Shown here in pieces: positions 26,907 through 35,542 of a stretch of 64,000 nt of DNA; position 1 is the first letter of the stretch, and each line of letters begins with the position of its first letter. The translations under genes and the position numbers were made by a program. Under the pieces are notes generated by a model. That model made no database searches. It was not told the DNA's origin and saw only the letters and a program-made list of their open reading frames with translations. The DNA is from Deltaproteobacteria bacterium. GTDB lineage: Bacteria > Desulfobacterota > Binatia > Binatales > Binataceae. The DNA is taken from positions 8 through 64,007 of the forward strand of contig JAJZAI010000014.1 in the NCBI GenBank assembly GCA_021799495.1. The letters are read 5' to 3'.

Positions 26907-28304
26907 TCAGCGGACGCGATGCTTGTTCAGCAGGCGATGGAGGGTTTTGCGATCGACGCCGGCCGCGCGCGCGGCTTGCGAGACGTTGCCGCCCTCGCGG
27001 CGTAAAACCTCGGCGACGTACGACGCTTCAAGCTGTCCGACCCATCTTTCTTTCGCTTCCTTCAGCGTCAGCTTGAGCGTTTCGTCATCCGCGGCGGCCG
27101 GCGGCGCCGGCGTCAACGATTCGGCGGACCGCGGCGGTTGCGCGGCGAGATGCGCCGGGAAATCGACCGGCGAGATCATTTCGGCGTCGGCCAAAGCGCA
27201 AGCCCGCTCCACCACATTGCGCAATTCGCGGATATTCCCCGGCCAATCGTAGGTTTCCAATAATTCCAGCGCCTCGGCGGTAAAGCCGCGCGGTCCCGGT
27301 CGCCCGTCGGTGAAATTGCGCAGGAAAATGTAGGCGAGCAGGGTGACATCGCCTTTCCGATCGCGAAGCGGCGGCAGCACGATATCGATTACATTGATGC
27401 GGTAGAAGAGATCCTCGCGAAACTCGCCGTGCGCCGCAAGCTCGCGCAAATTGCGGTTCGTCGCCGAGACCACGCGCACGTCCACCGCGATTTCGCGGGT
27501 CCCGCCGACCCTGCGAATCCGCCGTTCCTGAATCGCGCGCAGCAATTTTGCCTGCAATCCCTGCGGCAATTCGCCGATTTCGTCGAGGAACAATGTGCCT
27601 CGGTCGGCGGTTTCCATCAGCCCCAGCTTGGCCGCCGCGGCGCCGGTGAACGCGCCTTTTTCGTGACCGAAAAGTTCGGACTCAAGCAGATTTTCCGGCA
27701 GCGACGCGCAATCGACGGGTACGAACGGATATTTCGCGCGCGGACTGTTGGCGTGAATCGCGCGCGCGATCAGCTCCTTCCCGGTTCCGGACTCGCCAAG
27801 CACGAGAACGTTCGCCTCGGAACGGGCGGCCTTGCGCACCAGTTCGAGCGCGCGATGCAATGCGGCGCTGCGGCCGACGATATTTTCGAAGCCGAAAGTC
27901 TGCTGCAATTGATCGCGCAAATTTTTGTTTTCAAGCGTGAGCCGCCGCTGAGCCAGCGCCCGTTCGACCGAAACCACCAACTGGTCGAGCGTGAACGGCT
28001 TGGCCAGATAGTCGAAAGCGCCTTCGCGCACGGCCGCGACCGCCGACTCGATGGTCGCGTACGCGGTCAGCATTATGACTGGAAGCGAGGGATCGATTTC
28101 ATGCGCGCGGCGCAGCAAATCGATGCCGTCCATCGACGGCATCCGCAAGTCCGTCAAAAGCACGTCGGGGCGTTCGCTCGCGAGCAGTTCGAGCGCCTCG
28201 TGCGGATCGGTCGTGGCGATGCTTTCGTGGCCGGCCGCAGCCAGAATCCGCCGGCAGGTTTCGAGCATATCCGCTTCGTCGTCGAGGATGAGAATTCGTT
28301 CCAT
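26907..28304 (-). CDS. Sigma-54-dependent Fis-family response regulator (NtrC/AtoC type)
   Basis: 465-aa ORF with a REC domain (ILILDDEADM..., LLTDLRMPSMDG) and an AAA+ domain carrying GESGTGKE, ESELFGHEKGAFTGA, TLFLDEIGEL and WPGNIRELRN. C-terminal HTH is GNVSQAARAAGVDRKTLHRLL. Confidence 0.93.
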   Translation of the reverse strand: MERILILDDEADMLETCRRILAAAGHESIATTDPHEALELLASERPDVLLTDLRMPSMDGIDLLRRAHEIDPSLPVIMLTAYATIESAVAAVREGAFDYLAKPFTLDQLVVSVERALAQRRLTLENKNLRDQLQQTFGFENIVGRSAALHRALELVRKAARSEANVLVLGESGTGKELIARAIHANSPRAKYPFVPVDCASLPENLLESELFGHEKGAFTGAAAAKLGLMETADRGTLFLDEIGELPQGLQAKLLRAIQERRIRRVGGTREIAVDVRVVSATNRNLRELAAHGEFREDLFYRINVIDIVLPPLRDRKGDVTLLAYIFLRNFTDGRPGPRGFTAEALELLETYDWPGNIRELRNVVERACALADAEMISPVDFPAHLAAQPPRSAESLTPAPPAAADDETLKLTLKEAKERWVGQLEASYVAEVLRREGGNVSQAARAAGVDRKTLHRLLNKHRVR

Positions 28305-28437
28305 CGAGAGGGCCGGCCGCGATCGCCCGCGTTCAGGCGGCGATTTAATGGTCTATCGCCCAAAATTAGTTCGATTTGCAAGTGCGGTGAAACTGGCGCC
28401 CGGAATTGGGGTTTGTCGCCGCCGTCAATGTCAAATC

Positions 28438-30144
28438 TTACCGGCGCGAGAGCAGCTCGTCCACGGGCAGGGTGTTAAGCACGTCTCCCGGCTCGATCCA
28501 TCCGCGGCGGGCCTGCAGCACACCTCCGGCCAAGCCGTCGAAGTCTTGCGGCACATGGGCGTCGCTGGCGATAACCAGTTTCACGCCGGCATGTTTAGCG
28601 GCGAGGCAATCCGTATCGGTTAGATCAAGCCGGTCGGGCTGGCTGTTCACTTCGAGCGCGCAACCCTGGTCGCGCGCCGCCTTCAATACCTCGGTGAAAT
28701 CGAAATGACTCGGTTCACGCTTGCCGATCAGGCGGTTGCTCGGATGGCCAATCGAATCGACGTGGCGATTTTCAATAGCGCGAACGAGCCGGCGGGTCAT
28801 CACCTGCTCGTCTTCGCCGAGCCTGGAATGAACCGAGGCGACGACCCAATCCAGTTCGGCAAGGGCGTGGTCCGGCAAATCGAGTTCGCCGTCGTCGAGG
28901 ATGTCCACTTCTATCCCGCGCAGGATCCGGATTCCGACTTGGCCGGCGACGCGCTCGATCTTCTTGCGCTGCTCGCGCAGGCGGACGGGATCGAGACCAT
29001 GCGCCATCGCGAGCCGCCGCGAGTGATCGGTCAGCGCGAAGTATTCGAGGCCGCGCTTGCGCGCGCCGCGCGCCATCTCCTCGATCGAGGCGCGGCCGTC
29101 GGTCCAGTTGGAGTGGGCATGCAGATCGCCGCGCAGGTCGCCGGCGGCAATCAGATGCGGTAGATGGCCGCGTCCCGCCGCCGCCTCGATTTCGCCGCGA
29201 TCCTCGCGTAATTCGGGCGGAACAGGGCGCAATCCGAGTGCCTTATAAACGCCGTCCTCGTCGGCGCCGGCGACGCGCCGCTTGCCGCGAAAGAGGCCGT
29301 ATTCGTTGAGCAGCAGGCCCGCGCCCTGGGCGATTTTGCGCAAATGCACGCTGTGGGCCTTCGAGCCGGTGAAATAAACCAGCGCGGCGCCCCAGCTTGC
29401 GGATTCGATCGCGCGCAAATCGACCTGCAAGCCGCCGCGCAAAACCACGCTCGCCCTGGTTTCGCCCGCGCCGAGCCGGCGCTCGACCGCCGGGAAGGCG
29501 AGAAACCGCTCCATCACCGCGGCGGCGTCGCTTGAGGCTGCCAGCAAATCGATATCTCCGACCGTTTCGCGTCCGCGCCGCAAACTGCCGGCGATCGCGA
29601 GATTTTCTACGCCGTGCGCGGTTTTTATCCAGGCGAGCAATTCCTGCGCGGTTGCGGCCGCCTCATGGCGCGGCCAGCGCTTTTCAGCCGGCTGAGCGGC
29701 GCGGGTTTCCAGCGCTTTCAGCAGGCGTTCTTCGCTTTTGGCGCCGAAGCCGCCGATCGTGCCGAGCTGACCTGCGGCAAGGGCGCGGCGCAAATCGTCG
29801 AGGCTGGAGATTTTGAGCCGGTCGTGAAGCAGTTTGATGCGTTTCGGTCCGAGTCCCGGCAGCGTGCGAAGCTCGAGCAATCCGGCCGGAAAGGTCTTTT
29901 TAAGCCGGGCGTGCAGCGGCACTTCGCCGCCCGCCGCGAGGGTCGCGATTTTTTCCGCGAGATCCGCGCCGATTCCGGGCAGCGCGTCGATTTTTTCGCG
30001 CGACAATCCGGACAGCGGCGCCGGATAGTCCTGAACCGTCCGCGCCGCGTTGCGATAGGCGCGCACGCGGTAGAAATTCTCGCCGGTCATCTCGAGCATG
30101 TCGGCGATTTCTTCCAGCACGCCGGCGATTTCGTCGTTTCGCAT
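28438..30144 (-). CDS. polX: Family X DNA polymerase with C-terminal PHP phosphoesterase domain
   Basis: ORF 28438..30174. The likely start is ATG 30144 (MRNDEIAGVLEEIADMLE..., the typical PolX N-terminus). It has HhH motifs (LPGIGADLAEKI, LPGLGPKRIKLL), GSLRRGRETVGDIDLL, and PHP histidines (DLHAHSNWTDG, TDHS). Confidence 0.92.
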   Translation of the reverse strand: MRNDEIAGVLEEIADMLEMTGENFYRVRAYRNAARTVQDYPAPLSGLSREKIDALPGIGADLAEKIATLAAGGEVPLHARLKKTFPAGLLELRTLPGLGPKRIKLLHDRLKISSLDDLRRALAAGQLGTIGGFGAKSEERLLKALETRAAQPAEKRWPRHEAAATAQELLAWIKTAHGVENLAIAGSLRRGRETVGDIDLLAASSDAAAVMERFLAFPAVERRLGAGETRASVVLRGGLQVDLRAIESASWGAALVYFTGSKAHSVHLRKIAQGAGLLLNEYGLFRGKRRVAGADEDGVYKALGLRPVPPELREDRGEIEAAAGRGHLPHLIAAGDLRGDLHAHSNWTDGRASIEEMARGARKRGLEYFALTDHSRRLAMAHGLDPVRLREQRKKIERVAGQVGIRILRGIEVDILDDGELDLPDHALAELDWVVASVHSRLGEDEQVMTRRLVRAIENRHVDSIGHPSNRLIGKREPSHFDFTEVLKAARDQGCALEVNSQPDRLDLTDTDCLAAKHAGVKLVIASDAHVPQDFDGLAGGVLQARRGWIEPGDVLNTLPVDELLSRR

Positions 30145-30251
30145 CGTTGGATCGCTCCGCGAAACATCGCGCACGCGAATTCTACGACGGCGGCTGCTGC
30201 GTTGTCATCGAACTTGAACGGGCCGCTCGGCCGCGGTAGCGCAAGAAAAAG

Positions 30252-31715
30252 CTATTGGTCATGCAAAATCCGCCCGACCGCGTCTTCGATCGCCGTGCCC
30301 GCGAAGAAGCGCGGATTCATCGACGCCCACATCCGCACCGGATTGCTGAAGACGAAATCGCGGAAATCCCGCTCGGTGATCAGACCGTGCTCGACCAATT
30401 CATACGCTTCTTCGGTGACTTCGGTCATGTCGGGCACGTCCCAATGGCCAATGTCGGAGCTGAAGAGGATGTTGTGCCGCGCGCCGAGCGGGTTCACGCG
30501 ATCGTTGAACGCCCATGCGTTGATTGGATCGTCGGCCTCGCATCCGAAGAAGAAGCTGCGCGCAAAGATGTCGCGGATGTCTTCGGCGCGCTCGATCCCG
30601 CAGGCGGCGAACTCGTCGAGCATCGCAGGGTCTTCATTGGCGCCGCTGAACCGTTCTCCGGCGGCGGCGAGCCGCTCGATTTTGTCTTGCACGGCGGCGG
30701 TTCCGTACCGCCGGCACAAATCGTAGAACATCCGCTGGTCGAGATTGGCGGGATTGTAGTCTTCGACCGCCTTACGGTTGCGCTTGCGCCAGTGCGCGAT
30801 CAGGTCCGAATAAAGCGTGCAGGCCCATCCGGCGCCGCCCTCCAGAAAAGCGAACTTGAGCGTGGGAAACCGCTTCGGCGCGCCGCCCATAAACAGCGCC
30901 TTGCATACCGCTTCTCCGGCGGCGGCGAAATTGCCGATATGGTTGTATACGTAGTTGTTAACCGAGTTCCGGCTGCCCCATCCCATGCTGCTCGAATGGA
31001 ACGTCGCGGGCACGCCAAGCTCGACGCATTTGGCCCAGACCGGGTCGTAATCGTGCAGGCTGTCGAGCGCGAGATTGTCCACCCAGAAAGCCCAGCGCAC
31101 GGCTTCCGGCGCGCGTTTGAGCACCGTCGCGATCGGGCGGCGGACGTTGCCCGGCATCATCACCGCCTTGAAGCCGAGCTTTGTGACGGCGAACTCCAGT
31201 TCGTCGATCGCCTCCTCCGGCGTATGCATCGGCACGACCGCGACCGGCGCGATCCGGTCGGAGAATTCGCGGAACAGGTCGGCATGGAACATGTTGTAGG
31301 CGCGGCTGGCGCCGCGGCGCAGTTCTTCGTCCTCAAGATGCGCCGCAAACATCGCGAGCGTCGGATAGAGCACGGTGAAATCGAGGCCGAACTGTTCCAT
31401 CCGCTCGTACAACAGCTTCGGCAGGGTCGCGGTCGCGCGATCGAGGGTGTTGCGGGTTGGGAAGGCCCACCATGGCGGCCGCGTCGCCCGGCGCTCCATG
31501 CGCTCCTCCGGCGTCAATCGATGCCATCCGCCGCCCGCGCCGCGGCCGTTGCCGTTTTTGAAACGCTCGACCAGGGTTGGGCCGCCGACCTGCTTCAAAT
31601 AATCGGAAATCGCGGGGGCGAACTCGATCGTATGACCGTCGGAATCGATTACCGGATGGTTCAAGCGGGCGCGGACCGCGGCCGATTTCGATGCGCCGTA
31701 GTGGATAGCGGCCAT
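30252..31715 (-). CDS. Amidohydrolase_2 (COG2159-type metal-dependent hydrolase/decarboxylase), long 487-aa form
   Basis: It has VIDSDGHTIEF near the N-terminus, SDIGHWD near the C-terminus, and a TIM-barrel-like alternation. It is the last gene of the CoA-transferase operon. Confidence 0.7.
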   Translation of the reverse strand: MAAIHYGASKSAAVRARLNHPVIDSDGHTIEFAPAISDYLKQVGGPTLVERFKNGNGRGAGGGWHRLTPEERMERRATRPPWWAFPTRNTLDRATATLPKLLYERMEQFGLDFTVLYPTLAMFAAHLEDEELRRGASRAYNMFHADLFREFSDRIAPVAVVPMHTPEEAIDELEFAVTKLGFKAVMMPGNVRRPIATVLKRAPEAVRWAFWVDNLALDSLHDYDPVWAKCVELGVPATFHSSSMGWGSRNSVNNYVYNHIGNFAAAGEAVCKALFMGGAPKRFPTLKFAFLEGGAGWACTLYSDLIAHWRKRNRKAVEDYNPANLDQRMFYDLCRRYGTAAVQDKIERLAAAGERFSGANEDPAMLDEFAACGIERAEDIRDIFARSFFFGCEADDPINAWAFNDRVNPLGARHNILFSSDIGHWDVPDMTEVTEEAYELVEHGLITERDFRDFVFSNPVRMWASMNPRFFAGTAIEDAVGRILHDQ

Positions 31716-31760
31716 AAATCGATTGACTCCTTTGGCTGATTCGGGCGGAACGGACCGCGC

Positions 31761-32954
31761 TCAAATTATTTTTTGCTCGCGCAGCAAGGCGATTTCGCCG
31801 GCGTTCAGGCCGAGTTCGGCGGCGTAGAATTCGTCGTTGTCGGCGCCGAGCCGGGGACTCAGCGACTTTACCTCTGGGCGATCGCCGTCGAGCCGGATTG
31901 GCGACGTGAAAATGGTCATCGGGCCGAGCTCGGGATGCTCCACGGTTTGGAGCAGGCCGCGTTCGAGGAGATGCGAATCGGCCATGACCTCGTCAAGCTC
32001 CTGCACGATTCCGCAGAAGACCTCCGCGCGGCCCATCTCGTTGAACAGTTCGCGGCGGGTTTTGGCCACCGTCCATTCGCCGACGATTCGATCGACCTCG
32101 TGGCGGTTTTTGGCGCGCGCGCCCGGCGTCGCGAAGCGCGGATCGTCGGACAGCTCCGCGCGCCCCATCAACTCGCACAAGCGCCGCCAACGCGAATTAT
32201 CCGCGGCGAGGATCATCACGTGGCCGTCGCTCGCGGGATAGGAATTGTAGGGCGCGATCGCGCCGCCCGATGCGCGATTTCCGTCGCGCAGATTTTTGAG
32301 GCCCATTCCGTAAGCGCCGAGGAACGAGGTCAACGACGGCACGATCGAATCGTACAGGCACAACTCGACCATCAGACCGCGTCCGGTGCGATCGCGCTCG
32401 CGGATCGCGGCGAGCAGTCCGGCGCATAGATGGGCGCCGCCGAGGATGTCGGCGATCGCGGCGCCGGTCTTGAGCGGCGGGCCGTCCGCCTCGCCGGTGA
32501 TCGCCATCACGCCGCCCATCGCCTGCACGATCGGATCGAAAGCCGCGAGATCGCGGTACGGACCGCTCAGGCCGAAACCCGTATTGGTCGCATAAATCAG
32601 CCGCGGATTCCGCGCGCGCAGCGTCTCGTAATCGAGGTCCATCGAATCCATCGCGCCGGCGGCGAAATTTTCGACCACGAGATCGGCCGTTTCGACCAAT
32701 TTGAGAAACAACTCGCGGCCGCGCCCGCTTTTCAGATTGAGCGTGACCGATCGCTTGTTGTTGTTGAGGAGCGCGAACGGATAGCCGTAGGCCCGCTCGC
32801 GTTTGCGAAACAGGCCGCGCGCGCCGTCGCCGACTCCCGGAGCCTCGATTTTGACCACGTCCGCGCCAAGAAAGCTGAGCAGCATCGTGGCGTACGGACC
32901 CGCGTAGTAATGCGTCAGATCGAGTATCCGAAGGTCGGCGAGCGGCTGATGCAT
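31761..32954 (-). CDS. Family III CoA-transferase (CaiB/BaiF type), paralog 1
   Basis: 397-aa ORF with a canonical N-terminal motif (LRILDLTHYYAGPYATMLLSFLGADVVKIE) and AAIADILGG containing the expected Asp. Confidence 0.9.
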   Translation of the reverse strand: MHQPLADLRILDLTHYYAGPYATMLLSFLGADVVKIEAPGVGDGARGLFRKRERAYGYPFALLNNNKRSVTLNLKSGRGRELFLKLVETADLVVENFAAGAMDSMDLDYETLRARNPRLIYATNTGFGLSGPYRDLAAFDPIVQAMGGVMAITGEADGPPLKTGAAIADILGGAHLCAGLLAAIRERDRTGRGLMVELCLYDSIVPSLTSFLGAYGMGLKNLRDGNRASGGAIAPYNSYPASDGHVMILAADNSRWRRLCELMGRAELSDDPRFATPGARAKNRHEVDRIVGEWTVAKTRRELFNEMGRAEVFCGIVQELDEVMADSHLLERGLLQTVEHPELGPMTIFTSPIRLDGDRPEVKSLSPRLGADNDEFYAAELGLNAGEIALLREQKII

Positions 32955-32985
32955 CGGCCTTACTCCAGCGCGCGCAGTTTCCGGC

Positions 32986-34212
32986 TTAAATCAGGACTCC
33001 TGATTTGCGCAGATGCTCAATCTGGTCGAGCGTCATGCCGAGCAGCGATTTGAGCACCGCTTCAGTGTCGGCGCCGCGAACGGGAGCGGCGCTGCGGACC
33101 GCGCACGGCGTGCCGGACATCTTCCACGGAATTCCCGCGTGCTGGCGCTTGCCGACCTCGGGATGCTCGAGCGCGGTGAAGTAGCCGCGCGCGGTCAGAT
33201 GCGGATCTTCGGCGAGATCCTTGTTGCTCATCGACGGAAACGCCGCGACTCCCGCGGCCTGGAGCGCCTTGGCGGTTTCCCAGCGGTCGCGCGTCCGCGT
33301 CCATGCGGTGACGATTTCGTCCAGCGCGGCCTCGTTTTGCTTGCGCAGCGCCGCGGTCCTGAAACGCGGATCGTCGGCGAGGCCGGGATTGCCCATCACG
33401 CGGCAGAGCGCGCGCCATTCCTCATCGCCGCCGACGGCGATCGAAACCCATTTTTCGTCGTCGCCGGCGGCTTTGTAGCATTCGTGCGGCGCCATGACCG
33501 GATCGTGATTGCCGTGCCGTCCTGGTTCGCGATGGTTCAGCTCGTACTCGAGCATGCCTTCCGGCATCAGCGCGAGCGCGGTTTCGAACTGCGACTGATC
33601 GATATATTGGCCCTCGCCGGTGAGCGCGCGATGGGTCAACGCGGCCATCAACGCGAACGCGCCGAAGATTCCGGCGTTCGGATCGGGGTAGGAGACGCCG
33701 ATTTCGCCCGGTTCGCCGCCTTCATAGCCCGTGGTGAAAAACATTCCCGACGCGGCGGAGGCGGGAGGTCCGTATCCGACAAAGCCTTTGAACGGGCCCG
33801 TCTGGCCGTATCCGGACATCGAAATCATGATGATGTCGGATTTGATCGTTCGCAGCTTGGCGTAGCCGAGGCCCAGTTTGTCCATCACGCCCGCGGCGAA
33901 ATTGTCCGCGACGACATCGCAGTGCTTCACCAGTTGGCAGGCGAGATCGATGGATTCGGGCCGCGTCAGGTTGAGCAAAATCGACTTTTTGCCCTGGTTA
34001 TATTGATTGAAATAACCGGCGCGGTTCGGACCGGGAACGTCGTCGGCGAACGGTGGTATCAGGCGCGTCACGCAGGCCGGACGCGCGGTCGTTTCGACGC
34101 GAATAACTTCGGCGCCGAGATGCGCAAGTTGCATCGTGCAGAATGGTCCCGCCCATGCCCAGGTGAAATCGAGCACGCGGACTCCGGAAAGCGGAAGATT
34201 AGCCATTTCCAA
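32986..34212 (-). CDS. Family III CoA-transferase (CaiB/BaiF type), paralog 2
   Basis: 408-aa ORF with VRVLDFTWAWAGPFCTMQLAHLGAEVIRVE and SYPDPNAG containing the expected Asp. Confidence 0.9.
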   Translation of the reverse strand: MEMANLPLSGVRVLDFTWAWAGPFCTMQLAHLGAEVIRVETTARPACVTRLIPPFADDVPGPNRAGYFNQYNQGKKSILLNLTRPESIDLACQLVKHCDVVADNFAAGVMDKLGLGYAKLRTIKSDIIMISMSGYGQTGPFKGFVGYGPPASAASGMFFTTGYEGGEPGEIGVSYPDPNAGIFGAFALMAALTHRALTGEGQYIDQSQFETALALMPEGMLEYELNHREPGRHGNHDPVMAPHECYKAAGDDEKWVSIAVGGDEEWRALCRVMGNPGLADDPRFRTAALRKQNEAALDEIVTAWTRTRDRWETAKALQAAGVAAFPSMSNKDLAEDPHLTARGYFTALEHPEVGKRQHAGIPWKMSGTPCAVRSAAPVRGADTEAVLKSLLGMTLDQIEHLRKSGVLI

Positions 34213-34225
34213 TATCCTCGCGGCG

Positions 34226-35443
34226 TCAGGCGACGCCGGCTTTGCGCAATTCGTTCAGGCGTTCGCGCACAATTCCCAGTTCTCCGCAGAACACCTCTTC
34301 GGCATGCTCGCCCAATTTCGGCGCCGGTCGCCGGAGCGCCCATGGCGTCGCGCCGTACTTCGACGGCATCCCGGGCAGTTTGACTCCGCCGATTCCCGGC
34401 TGATCGAGCGTCGTGAAGAATTGGCGCTCCGCGAGATGCTCGTTCTCGTAAAGATCGCGCATCGTGTTAATCGGCGCGAACGGCACGCGTTTTTCCTGCG
34501 CCGCGCGATACAGCTCCTGCGTCTTCCACTCGCCTAGCCATTCGCCCATCAGCGCCTTGAGCGCGTCCTGATTCTGGCCGCGCGCGATGCGATCCTTGAA
34601 CAGTTCGTCGTTGGCCCATTCGGGATTGCCCATCAATTCGACGAGCCGTTTCCACTGATCTTCTTCGACCGCGAGCGCGAAAATCTTTCCGTCGGCCGTG
34701 TCGCTTATAAACCACGGGCCGAGCAGGCGCGAACCGAGCCGCGAGGTTTCGCGATGCGCATACGTCCAGTGCATGAAATTCATCTCCAGCATCGCGGCGA
34801 CGGCTTCCTGTTCGGAGATGTCGATCGACTGGCCCTCGCCGGTCTTGAGGCGATGCATATACGCGGCCAGCGCGACCATCGCGGCGTGAATTCCGCCCTG
34901 GAATTCGCATTGCGAGCCGAAGCACTTGAGCGGCGGAAGTTCGGGGTAGGGCGACGCGCCCGGACTCAAGGTCGCCCATCCGGCGGCGTTCGAGAGCGTG
35001 AGCTCATAGCCGCGCCAGTTCGCGTACGGCCCGGTTTCGCCAAACGGCGAAATCGCGGCGATAATCAACTTCGGAAATGCCGCCCGCAGCGCGGCGCTGT
35101 CGAGTCCCTGAGCGGCGCGTTCGCCGGGCGCGACGTTATGAATCAGGATGTCGGCGCCGGCGAGCAATTTGTGCAGCAGCTCGCGGCCTTCGGGACGCTT
35201 CAAATCCGCGACGACGCCGCGCTTGTTCGCGTTCAGGTAAATGAAGATGCCGCTCTTGTCCGGATCGGCCTTGTCGTCCGGAAACGGTCCGCGCCGGCGC
35301 GTCAGATCGCCGCCCGGCGGCTCGACCTTGACCACTTCCGCTCCCAGATCGGCGATCATTTTGGCCCCGAACGCGGCGGAGATGCCTTCGCCGCATTCGA
35401 CTATTTTTATCGCTCCGAAGGGCGACGCTGATTGACTTCCCAC
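34226..35443 (-). CDS. Family III CoA-transferase-like protein, divergent paralog 3
   Basis: 405-aa ORF. The N-terminal motif is divergent (IKIVECGEGISAAFGAKMIADLGAEVVKVE). By hand alignment, the position of the catalytic Asp reads GSQCEFQGG (Glu). GTG start. Confidence 0.8.
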   Translation of the reverse strand: MGSQSASPFGAIKIVECGEGISAAFGAKMIADLGAEVVKVEPPGGDLTRRRGPFPDDKADPDKSGIFIYLNANKRGVVADLKRPEGRELLHKLLAGADILIHNVAPGERAAQGLDSAALRAAFPKLIIAAISPFGETGPYANWRGYELTLSNAAGWATLSPGASPYPELPPLKCFGSQCEFQGGIHAAMVALAAYMHRLKTGEGQSIDISEQEAVAAMLEMNFMHWTYAHRETSRLGSRLLGPWFISDTADGKIFALAVEEDQWKRLVELMGNPEWANDELFKDRIARGQNQDALKALMGEWLGEWKTQELYRAAQEKRVPFAPINTMRDLYENEHLAERQFFTTLDQPGIGGVKLPGMPSKYGATPWALRRPAPKLGEHAEEVFCGELGIVRERLNELRKAGVA

Positions 35444-35542
35444 TTCGACTCAATCCTCTTGGCGTGTTCTGGCCCGATGGCCCATCGGCTTCCATAGCGC
35501 TTTCGCCCGGAAAAACGCAAATTCGCCGCCGTTTCGCCGGGC

